Shown: positions 11,001 through 24,100 of the stretch, piece by piece
How positions within the stretch are numbered: the first letter of the stretch is position 1
Layout: each line of letters opens with the position of its first letter
From: Auanema rhodensis
Lineage: Eukaryota; Animalia; Nematoda
Direction: 5' to 3'
Assembly (NCBI GenBank): GCA_964057225.1
Contig: OZ059897.1
Span: 4,216,001 to 4,280,000 of the forward strand
DNA length: 64,000 bases
Translations under genes and position numbers: made by a program
The notes under the pieces: generated by a model
Told to the model about the DNA's origin: nothing
Seen by the model: the letters and a program-made list of their open reading frames with translations, nothing else
The model's database searches: none

Positions 11001-13520
11001 TGTAGTATAGTGCATTCGATGCGGATTTTTAAGCTGCGTTGATCTGTGTTATCAGATTTGAGTTAACTTAAAAATGCACCGAGATATCAACTGATATATG
11101 TTCACACTTATATCCTCGATTTTCACCCTGAAGAAATGATTTTTTTGTTGAAAAACATTGTCCATCGTATTCGTCTTGAAAAAAGGAATCTAAAAACATC
11201 TACTTTTTGTGAAATTATTCAGAAATTTTTCGGGAAAATTTTTGTCAAAATGTTTTTGGAAGCAATGTTGAGTGTACATGGGAACTCAGCATACACTAAT
11301 GCATTATTTTTCAAACGATCATAACTAATTTTTGTATAGAGCGTTTCTCAATGTAGTATAGTTCATTCGATGCGGATTTTTAAGCTGCGTCGATCTGTGT
11401 TATCAGATTTGAGTTAGCTTAAAAATGCACCGAGATATCAACTGATATATGTTCACACTTATATCCTCGATTTTCACCCTGAAGAAATGATTTTTTCGTT
11501 AACAAACATTGTCCATCGTATTCGTCTTGAAAAAAGGAATCTAAAAACATCTACTTTTTGTGAAATTATTTAGAAATTTTTCGGGAAAATTTTTGTCAAA
11601 ATGTTTTTGGAAGCAATGTTGAGTGTACATGGGAACTCAACATACACTAATGCATTATTTTTCAAACGATCATAACTAATTTTTGTATAGAGCGTTTCTC
11701 AATGTAGTATAGTGCATTCGAAGCGGATTTTTAAGCTGCGTCGATCTGTGTTATCAGATTTGCGCTAGCTTAAAAATGCACCGAGTAATCAACTGATATA
11801 GGTTCACACTTATATCCTCGATTTTCACCCTGAAGAAATGATTTTTTCGTTGAATAACATTGTCCATCGTCTTCGTCTTGAAAAAAGGAAGCTAAAAACA
11901 TCTACTTTTTGTGAAATTATTTAGAAATTTTTCGGGAAAATTTTTGTCAAAATGTTTTTGGAAGCAATGTTGAGTGTACATGGGAACTCAACATACACTA
12001 ATGCATTATTTTTCATACGATCATAACTAATTTTTGTATAAAGCGTTTCTCAATGTAGTATAGTGCATTCGATGCGGATTTTTAAGCTGCGTCGATCTGT
12101 GTTATCAGATTTGCGCTAGCTTAAAAATGCACCGAGTAATCAACTGATATAGGTTCACACTTATATCCTCGATTTTCACCCTGAAGAATTAATTTTTTCG
12201 TTGAATAACATTGTCCATCGTCTTTGCCTTGAAAAAAGAAATCTAAAAACTCCTACTTTTTGTGAAATTATTAAGAAATTTTTCGGGAAAATTTTTGTCA
12301 CAATGTTTTTGGAAGCAATGTTGAGTGTACATGGGAACTCAGCATACACTAATGCATTATTTTTCGAACGATCATAACTAATTTTTGTATAGAGCGTTTC
12401 TCAATGTAGTATAGTGCATTCGATGCGGATTTTTAAGCTGCGTCGATCTGTGTTATCAGATTTGCGCTAGCTTAAAAATGCACCGAGTAATCAACTGATA
12501 TAGGTTCACACTTATATCCTCGATTTTCACCCTGAAGAAATGATTTTTTCGTTGAATAACATTGTCCATCGTCTTCGTCTTGAAAAAAGGAATCTAAAAA
12601 CATCTACTTTTTGTGAAATTATTTAGAAATTTTTCGGGAAAATTTTTGTCAAAATGTTTTTGGAAGCAATGTTGAGTGTACATGGGAACTCAACATACAC
12701 TAATGCATTATTTTTCATACGATCATAACTAATTTTTGTATAAAGCGTTTCTCAATGTAGTATAGTGCATTCGATGCGGATTTTTAAGCTGCGTTGATCT
12801 GTGTTATCAGATTTGAGTTAACTTAAAAATGCACCGAGATATCAACTGATATATGTTCACACTTATATCCTCGATTTTCACCCTGAAGAAATGATTTTTT
12901 TGTTGAAAAACATTGTCCATCGTATTCGTCTTGAAAAAAGGAATCTAAAAACATCTACTTTTTGTGAAATTATTTAGAAATTTTTCGGGAAAATTTTTGT
13001 CAAAATGTTTTTGGAAGCAATGTTGAGTGTACATGGGAACTCAGCATACACTAATGCATTATTTTTCAAACGATCATAACTAATTTTTGTATAGAGCGTT
13101 TCTCAATGTAGTATAGTTCATTCGATGCGGATTTTTAAGCTGCGTCGATCTGTGTTATCAGATTTGAGTTAGCTTAAAAATGCACCGAGATATCAACTGA
13201 TATATGTTCACACTTATATCCTCGATTTTCACCCTGAAGAAATGATTTTTTCGTTAACAAACATTGTCCATCGTATTCGTCTTGAAAAAAGGAATCTAAA
13301 AACATCTACTTTTTGTGAAATTATTCAGAATATTTTCGGGAAAATTTTTGTCAAAATGTTTTTGGAAGCAATGTTGAGTGTACATGGGAACTCAACATAC
13401 ACTAATGCATTATTTTTCAAACGATCATAACTAATTTTTGTATAGAGCGTTTCTCAATGTAGTATAGTGCATTCGAAGCGGATTTTTAAGCTGCGTCGAT
13501 CTGTGTTATCAGATTTGCGC
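10780..13520. repeat. 5-mer HOR (1755-bp offset)
   Basis: TTCGAAGCGG at ~11720 and ~13475. GTTAACTTAAAA, TTTTTTTGTTG and TTAACAAAC also recur at 1755 bp. Confidence 0.8.
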
Positions 13521-16500
13521 TAGCTTAAAAATGCACCGAGTAATCAACTGATATAGGTTCACACTTATATCCTCGATTTTCACCCTGAAGAATTAATTTT
13601 TTCGTTGAATAACATTGTCCATCGTCTTTGCCTTGAAAAAAGAAATCTAAAAACTCCTACTTTTTGTGAAATTATTTAGAAATTTTTCGGGAAAATTTTT
13701 GTCACAATGTTTTTGGAAGCAATGTTGAGTGTACATGGGAACTCAACATACACTAATGCATTATTTTTCAAACGATCATAACTAATTTTTGTATGGAGCG
13801 TTTCTCAATGTAGTATAGTGCATTCGATGCGGATTTTTAAGCTGCGTTGATCTGTGTTATCAGATTTGCGCTAGCTTAAAAATGCACCGAGTAATCAACT
13901 GATATAGGTTCACACTTATATCCTCGATTTTCACCCTGAAGAATTAATTTTTTCGTTGAATAACATTGTCCATCGTCTTTGCCTTGAAAAAAGAAATCTA
14001 AAAACTCCTACTTTTTGTGAAATTATTTAGAAATTTTTAGGGAAAATTTTTGTCACAATGTTTTTGGAAGCAATGTTGAGTGTACATGGGAACTCAGCAT
14101 ACACTAATGCATTATTTTTCAAACGATCATAACTAATTTTTGTATGGAGCGTTTCTCAATGTAGTATAGTGCATTCGATGCGGATTTTTAAGCTGCGTTG
14201 ATCTGTGTTATCAGATTTGCGCTAGCTTAAAAATGCACCGAGTAATCAACTGATATAGGTTCACACTTATATCCTCGATTTTCACCCTGAAGAATTAATT
14301 TTTTCGTTGAATAACGTTGTCCATCGTCTTTGCCTTGAAAAAAAAAATCTAAAAACTCCTACTTTTTGTGAAATTATTTAGAAATTTTTCGGGAAAATTT
14401 TTGTCACAATGTTTTTGGAAGCAATGTTGAGTGTACATGGGAACTCAGCATACACTAATGCATTATTTTTCAAACGATCATAACTAATTTTTGTATGGAG
14501 CGTTTTTCAATGTAGTATAGTGCATTCGATGCGGATTTTTAAGCTGCGTCGATCTGTGTTATCAGATTTGAGTTAGCTTGAAAATGCACCGAGATATCAA
14601 CTGATATATGTTCACACTTATATCCTCGATTTTCACCCTGAAGAAATGATTTTTTCGTTAACAAACATTGTCCATCGTATTCGTCTTGAAAAAAGGAATC
14701 TAAAAACATCTACTTTTTGTGAAATTATTTAGAAATTTTTCGGGAAAATTTTTGTCAAAATGTTTTTGGAAGCAATGTTGAGTGTACATGGGAACTCAAC
14801 ATACACTAATGCATTATTTTTCAAACGATCATAACTAATTTTTGTATAGAGCGTTTCTCAATGTAGTATAGTGCATTCGATGCGGATTTTTAAGCTGCGT
14901 CGATCTGTGTTATCAGATTTGCGCTAGCTTAAAAATGCACCGAGTAATCAACTGATATAGGTTCACACTTATATCCTCGATTTTCACCCTGAAGAATTAA
15001 TTTTTCGTTGAATAACATTGTCCATCGTCTTTGCCTTGAAAAAAGAAATCTAAAAACTCCTACTTTTTGTGAAATTATTAAGAAATTTTTCGGGAAAATT
15101 TTTGTCACAATGTTTTTGGAAGCAATGTTGAGTGTACATGGGAACTCAGCATACACTAATGCATTATTTTTCGAACGATCATAACTAATTTTTGTATAGA
15201 GCGTTTCTCAATGTAGTATAGTGCATTCGATGCGGATTTTTAAGCTGCGTCGATCTGTGTTATCAGATTTGCGCTAGCTTAAAAATGCACCGAGTAATCA
15301 ACTGATATAGGTTCACACTTATATCCTCGATTTTCACCCTGAAGAATTAATTTTTTCGTTGAATAACATTGTCCATCGTCTTTCCCTTGAAAAAAGAAAT
15401 CTAAAAACTCCTACTTTTTGTGAAATTATTTAGAAATTTTTCGGGAAAATTTTTGTCACAATGTTTTTGGAAGCAATGTTGAGTGTACATGGGAACTCAA
15501 CATACACTAATGCATTATTTTTCAAACGATCATAACTAATTTTTGTATAGAGCGTTTCTCAATGTAGTATAGTGCATTCGATGCGGATTTTTAAGCTGCG
15601 TCGATCTGTGTTATCAGATTTGAGTTAGCTTGAAAATGCACCGAGATATCAACTGATATAGGTTCACACTTATATCCTCGATTTTCACCCTGAAGAATTA
15701 ATTTTTTCGTTGAATAACGTTGTCCATCGTCTTTGCCTTGAAAAAAAAAATCTAAAAACTCCTACTTTTTGTGAAATTATTTAGAAATTTTTCGGGAAAA
15801 TTTTTGTCACAATGTTTTTGGAAGCAATGTTGAGTGTACATGGGAACTCAGCATACACTAATGCATTATTTTTCAAACGATCATAACTAATTTTTGTATG
15901 GAGCGTTTCTCAATGTAGTATAGTGCATTCGATGCGGATTTTTAAGCTGCGTCGATCTGTTTTATCAGATTTGAGTTAGCTTGAAAATGCACCGAGATAT
16001 CAACTGATATATGTTCACACTTATATCCTCGATTTTCACCCTGAAGAATTAATTTTTTCGTTGAACAACATTGTCCATCGTCTTTGCCTTGAAAAAAGAA
16101 ATCTAAAAACTCCTACTTTTTGTGAAATTATTTAGAAATTTTTCGGGAAAATTTTTGTCAAAATGTTTTTGGAAGCAATGTTGAGTGTACATGGGAACTC
16201 AGCATACACTAATGCATTATTTTTCAAACGATCATAACTAATTTTTGTATAGAGCGTTTCTCAATGTAGTATAGTTCATTCGATGCGGATTTTTAAGCTG
16301 CGTCGATCTGTATTATCAGATTTGAGTTAGCTTAAAAATGCACCGAGATATCAACTGATATATGTTCACACTTATATCCTCGATTTTCACCCTGAAGAAA
16401 TGATTTTTTCGTTAACAAACATTGTCCATCGTATTCGTCTTGAAAAAAGGAATCTAAAAACATCTACTTTTTGTGAAATTATTTAGAAATTTTTCGGGAA

Positions 16501-18199
16501 AATTTTTGTCAAAATGTTTTTGGAAGCAATGTTGAGTGTACATGGGAACTCAACATACACTAATGCATTATTTTTCAAACGATCATAACTAATTTTTGTA
16601 TAGAGCGTTTCTCAATGTAGTATAGTGCATTCGATGCGGATTTTTAAGCTGCGTCGATCTGTGTTATCAGATTTGCGCTAGCTTAAAAATGCACCGAGTA
16701 ATCAACTGATATAGGTTCACACTTATATCCTCGATTTTCACCCTGAAGAATTAATTTTTTCGTTGAATAACATTGTCCATCGTCTTTGCCTTGAAAAAAG
16801 AAATCTAAAAACTCCTACTTTTTGTGAAATTATTAAGAAATTTTTCGGGAAAATTTTTGTCACAATGTTTTTGGAAGCAATGTTGAGTGTACATGGGAAC
16901 TCAGCATACACTAATGCATTATTTTTCGAACGATCATAACTAATTTTTGTATAGAGCGTTTCTCAATGTAGTATAGTGCATTCGATGCGGATTTTTAAGC
17001 TGCGTCGATCTGTGTTATCAGATTTGCGCTAGCTTAAAAATGCACCGAGTAATCAACTGATATAGGTTCACACATATATCCTCGATTTTCACCCTGAAGA
17101 ATTAATTTTTTCGTTGAATAACTATGTCCATCGTCTTTGCCTTGAAAAAAGAAATCTAAAAACTCCTACTTTTTGTGAAATTATTTAGAAATTTTTCGGG
17201 AAAATTTTTGTCACAATGTTTTTGGAAGCAATGTTGAGTGTACATGGGAACTCAACATACACTAATGCATTATTTTTCAAACGATCATAACTAATTTTTG
17301 TATGGAGCGTTTCTCAATGTAGTATAGTGCATTCGATGCGGATTTTTAAGCTGCGTTGATCTGTGTTATCAGATTTGCGCTAGCTTAAAAATGCACCGAG
17401 TAATCAACTGATATAGGTTCACACTTATATCCTCGATTTTCACCCTGAAGAATTAATTTTTTCGTTGAATAACATTGTCCATCGTCTTTGCCTTGAAAAA
17501 AAAAATCTAAAAACTCCTACTTTTTGTGAAATTATTTAGAAATTTTTCGGGAAAATTTTTGTCACAATGTTTTTGGAAGCAATGTTGAGTGTACATGGGA
17601 ACTCAGCATACACTAATGCATTATTTTTCAAACGATCATAACTAATTTTTGTATGGAGCGTTTCTCAATGTAGTATAGTGCATTCGATGCGGATTTTTAA
17701 GCTGCGTTGATCTGTGTTATCAGATTTGCGCTAGCTTAAAAATGCACCGAGTAATCAACTGATATAGGTTCACACTTATATCCTCGATTTTCACCCTGAA
17801 GAATTAATTTTTTCGTTGAATAACGTTGTCCATCGTCTTTGCCTTGAACAAAAAAATCTAAAAACTCCTACTTTTTGTAAAATTATTTAGAAATTTTTCG
17901 GGAAAATTTTTGTCACAATGTTTTTGGAAGCAATGTTGAGTGTACATGGGAACTCAACATACACTAATGCATTATTTTTCAAACGATCATAACTAATTTT
18001 TGTATAGAGCGTTTCTCAATGTAGTATAGTGCATTCGATGCGGATTTTTAAGCTGCGTCGATCTGTGTTATCAGATTTGCGCTAGCTTAAAAATGCACCG
18101 AGTAATCAACTGATATAGGTTCACACTTATATCCTCGATTTTCACCCTGAAGAATTAATTTTTTCGTTGAATAACTATGTCCATCGTCTTTGCCTTGAA

Positions 18200-21100
18200 A
18201 AAAGAAATCTAAAAACTCCTACTTTTTGTGAAATTATTTAGAAATTTTTCGGGAAAATTTTTGTCACAATGTTTTTGGAAGCAATGTTGAGTGTACATGG
18301 GAACTCAACATACACTAATGCATTATTTTTCAAACGATCATAACTAATTTTTGTATGGAGCGTTTCTCAATGTAGTATAGTGCATTCGATGCGGATTTTT
18401 AAGCTGCGTTGATCTGTGTTATCAGATTTGCGCTAGCTTAAAAATGCACCGAGTAATCAACTGATATAGGTTCACACTTATATCCTCGATTTTCACCCTG
18501 AAGAATTAATTTTTTCGTTGAATAACATTGTCCATCGTCTTTGCCTTGAAAAAAAAAATCTAAAAACTCCTACTTTTTGTGAAATTATTTAGAAATTTTT
18601 CGGGAAAATTTTTGTCACAATGTTTTTGGAAGCAATGTTGAGTGTACATGGGAACTCAGCATACACTAATGCATTATTTTTCAAACGATCATAACTAATT
18701 TTTGTATGGAGCGTTTCTCAATGTAGTATAGTGCATTCGATGCGGATTTTTAAGCTGCGTTGATCTGTGTTATCAGATTTGCGCTAGCTTAAAAATGCAC
18801 CGAGTAATCAACTGATATAGGTTCACACTTATATCCTCGATTTTCACCCTGAAGAATTAATTTTTTCGTTGAATAACGTTGTCCATCGTCTTTGCCTTGA
18901 AAAAAAAAATCTAAAAACTCCTAGTTTTTGTGAAATTATTTAGAAATTTTTCGGGAAAATTTTTGTCACAATGTTTTTGGAAGCAATGTTGAGTGTACAT
19001 GGGAACTCAGCATACACTAATGCATTATTTTTCAAACGATCATAACTAATTTTTGTATGGAGCGTTTCTCAATGTAGTATAGTGCATTCGATGCGGATTT
19101 TTAAGCTGCGTTGATCTGTGTTATCAGATTTGCGCTAGCTTAAAAATGCACCGAGTAATCAACTGATATAGGTTCACACTTATATCCTCGATTTTCACCC
19201 TGAAGAATTAATTTTTTCGTTGAATAACGTTGTCCATCGTCTTTGCCTTGAACAAAAAAATCTAAAAACTCCTACTTTTTGTGAAATTATTTAGAAATTT
19301 TTCGGGAAAATTTTTGTCACAATGTTTTTGGAAGCAATGTTGAGTGTACATGGGAACTCAGCATACACTAATGCATTATTTTTCAAACGATCATAACTAA
19401 TTTTTGTATAGAGCGTTTCTCAATGTAGTATAGTGCATTCGATGCGGATTTTTAAGCTGCGTCGATATGTGTTATCAGATTTGAGTTAGCTTGAAAATGC
19501 ACCGAGATATCAACTGATATATGTTCACACTTATATCCTCGATTTTCACCCTGAAGAATTAATTTTTTCGTTGAATAACATTGTCCATCGTCTTTGCCTT
19601 GAAAAAAGAAATCTAAAAACTCCTACTTTTTGTGAAATTATTTAGAAATTTTTCGGGAAAATTTTTGTCAAAATGTTTTTGGAAGCAATGTTGAGTGTAC
19701 ATGGGAACTCAGCATACACTAATGCATTATTTTTCGAACGATCATAACTAATTTTTGTATAGAGCGTTTCTCAATGTAGTATAGTTCATTCGATGCGGAT
19801 TTTTAAGCTGCGTCGATCTGTGTTATCAGATTTGAGTTAGCTTAAAAATGCACCGAGATATCAACTGATATATGTTCACACTTATATCCTCGATTTTCAC
19901 CCTGAAGAAATGATTTTTTCGTTAACAAACATTGTCCATCGTATTCGTCTTGAAAAAAGGAATCTAAAAACATCTACTTTTTGTGAAATTATTTAGAAAT
20001 TTTTCGGGAAAATTTTTGTCACAATGTTTTTGGAAGCAATGTTGAGTGTACATGGGAACTCAGCATACACTAATGCATTATTTTTCAAACGATCATAACT
20101 AATTTTTGTATAGAGCGTTTCTCAATGTAGTATAGTGCATTCGATGCGGATTTTTAAGCTGCGTCGATCTGTGTTATCAGATTTGCGCTAGCTTAAAAAT
20201 GCACCGAGTAATCAACTGATATAGGTTCACACTTATATCCTCGATTTTCACCCTGAAGAATTAATTTTTTCGTTGAATAACATTGTCCATCGTCTTTGCC
20301 TTGAAAAAAGAAATCTAAAAACTCCTACTTTTTGTGAAATTATTTAGAAATTTTTCGGGAAAATTTTTGTCACAATGTTTTTGGAAGCAATGTTGAGTGT
20401 ACATGGGAACTCAACATACACTAATGCATTATTTTTCAAACGATCATAACTAATTTTTGTATAGAGCGTTTCTCAATGTAGTATAGTGCATTCGATGCGG
20501 ATTTTTAAGCTGCGTCGATCTGTGTTATCAGATTTGAGTTAGCTTGAAAATGCACCGAGATATCAACTGATATATGTTCACACTTATATCCTCGATTTTC
20601 ACCCTGAAGAATTAATTTTTTCGTTGAATAACGTTGTCCATCGTCTTTGCCTTGAACAAAAAAATCTAAAAACTCCTACTTTTTGTGAAATTATTTAGAA
20701 ATTTTTCGGGAAAATTTTTGTCACAATGTTTTTGGAAGCAATGTTGAGTGTACATGGGAACTCAGCATACACTAATGCATTATTTTTCAAACGATCATAA
20801 CTAATTTTTGTATAGAGCGTTTCTCAATGTAGTATAGTGCATTCGATGCGGATTTTTAAGCTGCGTCGATATGTGTTATCAGATTTGAGTTAGCTTGAAA
20901 ATGCACCGAGATATCAACTGATATATGTTCACACTTATATCCTCGATTTTCACCCTGAAGAATTAATTTTTTCGTTGAATAACATTGTCCATCGTCTTTG
21001 CCTTGAAAAAAGAAATCTAAAAACTCCTACTTTTTGTGAAATTATTTAGAAATTTTTCGGGAAAATTTTTGTCAAAATGTTTTTGGAAGCAATGTTGAGT

Positions 21101-24100
21101 GTACATGGGAACTCAGCATACACTAATGCATTATTTTTCGAACGATCATAACTAATTTTTGTATAGAGCGTTTCTCAATGTAGTATAGTTCATTCGATGC
21201 GGATTTTTAAGCTGCGTCGATCTGTGTTATCAGATTTGAGTTAGCTTAAAAATGCACCGAGATATCAACTGATATATGTTCACACTTATATCCTCGATTT
21301 TCACCCTGAAGAAATGATTTTTTCGTTAACAAACATTGTCCATCGTATTCGTCTTGAAAAAAGGAATCTAAAAACATCTACTTTTTGTGAAATTATTTAG
21401 AAATTTTTCGGGAAAATTTTTGTCACAATGTTTTTGGAAGCAATGTTGAGTGTACATGGGAACTCAGCATACACTAATGCATTATTTTTCAAACGATCAT
21501 AACTAATTTTTGTATGGAGCGTTTCTCAATGTAGTATAGTGCATTCGATGCGGATTTTTAAGCTGCGTTGATCTGTGTTATCAGATTTGCGCTAGCTTAA
21601 AAATGCACCGAGTAATCAACTGATATAGGTTCACACTTATATCCTCGATTTTCACCCTGAAGAATTAATTTTTTCGTTGAATAACATTGTCCATCGTCTT
21701 TGCCTTGAAAAAAGAAATCTAAAAACTCCTACTTTTTGTGAAATTATTTAGAAATTTTTCGGGAAAATTTTTGTCACAATGTTTTTGGAAGCAATGTTGA
21801 GTGTACATGGGAACTCAGCATACACTAATGCATTATTTTTCAAACGATCATAACTAATTTTTGTATAGAGCGTTTCTCAATGTAGTATAGTGCATTCGAT
21901 GCGGATTTTTAAGCTGCGTCGATATGTGTTATCAGATTTGAGTTAGCTTGAAAATGCACCGAGATATCAACTGATATATGTTCACACTTATATCCTCGAT
22001 TTTCACACTGAAGAATTAATTTTTTCGTTGAATAACATTGTCCATCGTCTTTGCCTTGAAAAAAGAAATCTAAAAACTCCTACTTTTTGTGAAATTATTT
22101 AGAAATTTTTCGGGAAAATTTTTGTCAAAATGTTTTTGGAAGCAATGTTGAGTGTACATGGGAACTCAGCATACACTAATGCATTATTTTTCAAACGATC
22201 ATAACTAATTTTTGTATAGAGCGTTTCTCAATGTAGTATAGTTCATTCGATGCGGATTTTTAAGCTGCGTCGATCTGTGTTATCAGATTTGAGTTAGCTT
22301 AAAAATGCACCGAGATATCAACTGATATATGTTCACACTTATATCCTCGATTTTCACCCTGAAGAATTAATTTTTTCGTTGAATAACATTGTCCATCGTC
22401 TTTGCCTTGAAAAAAGAAATCTAAAAACTCCTACTTTTTGTGAAATTATTAAGAAATTTTTCGGGAAAATTTTTGTCACAATGTTTTTGGAAGCAATGTT
22501 GAGTGTACATGGGAACTCAGCATACACTAATGCATTATTTTTCGAACGATCATAACTAATTTTTGTATAGAGCGTTTCTCAATGTAGTATAGTGCATTCG
22601 ATGCGGATTTTTAAGCTGCGTCGATCTGTGTTATCAGATTTGCGCTAGCTTAAAAATGCACCGAGTAATCAACTGATATAGGTTCACACTTATATCCTCG
22701 ATTTTCACCCTGAAGAATTAATTTTTTCGTTGAATAACATTGTCCATCGTCTTTGCCTTGAAAAAAGAAATCTAAAAACTCCTACTTTTTGTGAAATTAA
22801 TAAGAAATTTTTCGGGAAAATTTTTGTCACAATGTTTTTGGAAGCAATGTTGAGTGTACATGGGAACTCAGCATACACTAATGCATTATTTTTCGAACGA
22901 TCATAACTAATTTTTGTATAGAGCGTTTCTCAATGTAGTATAGTGCATTCGATGCGGATTTTTAAGCTGCGTCGATCTGTGTTATCAGATTTGCGCTAGC
23001 TTAAAAATGCACCGAGTAATCAACTGATATAGGTTCACACTTATATCCTCGATTTTCACCCTGAAGAATTAATTTTTTCGTTGAATAACATTGTCCATCG
23101 TCTTTGCCTTGAAAAAAGAAATCTAAAAACTCCTACTTTTTGTGAAATTATTTAGAAATTTTTCGGGAAAATTTTTGTCACAATGTTTTTGGAAGCAATG
23201 TTGAGTGTACATGGGAACTCAACATACACTAATGCATTATTTTTCAAACGATCATAACTAATTTTTGTATAGAGCGTTTCTCAATGTAGTATAGTGCATT
23301 CGATGCGGATTTTTAAGCTGCGTCGATCTGTGTTATCAGATTTGAGTTAGCTTGAAAATGCACCGAGATATCAACTGATATATGTTCACACTTATATCCT
23401 CGATTTTCACCCTGAAGAATTAATTTTTTCGTTGAAAAACATTGTCCATCGTATTCGTCTTGAAAAAAGGAATCTAAAAACATCTACTTTTTGTGAAATT
23501 ATTTAGAAATTTTTCGGGAAAATTTTTGTCACAATGTTTTTGGAAGCAATGTTGAGTGTACATGGGAACTCAGCATACACTAATGCATTATTTTTCAAAC
23601 GATCATAACTAATTTTTGTATAGAGCGTTTCTCAATGTAGTATAGTGCATTCGATGCGGATTTTTAAGCTGCGTCGATATGTGTTATCAGATTTGAGTTA
23701 GCTTGAAAATGCACCGAGATATCAACTGATATATGTTCACACTTATATCCTCGATTTTCACACTGAAGAATTAATTTTTTCGTTGAATAACATTGTCCAT
23801 CGTCTTTGCCTTGAAAAAAGAAATCTAAAAACTCCTACTTTTTGTGAAATTATTTAGAAATTTTTCGGGAAAATTTTTGTCACAATGTTTTTGGAAGCAA
23901 TGTTGAGTGTACATGGGAACTCAACATACACTAATGCATTATTTTTCAAACGATCATAACTAATTTTTGTATGGAGCGTTTCTCAATGTAGTATAGTGCA
24001 TTCGATGCGGATTTTTAAGCTGCGTTGATCTGTGTTATCAGATTTGCGCTAGCTTAAAAATGCACCGAGTAATCAACTGATATAGGTTCACACTTATATC

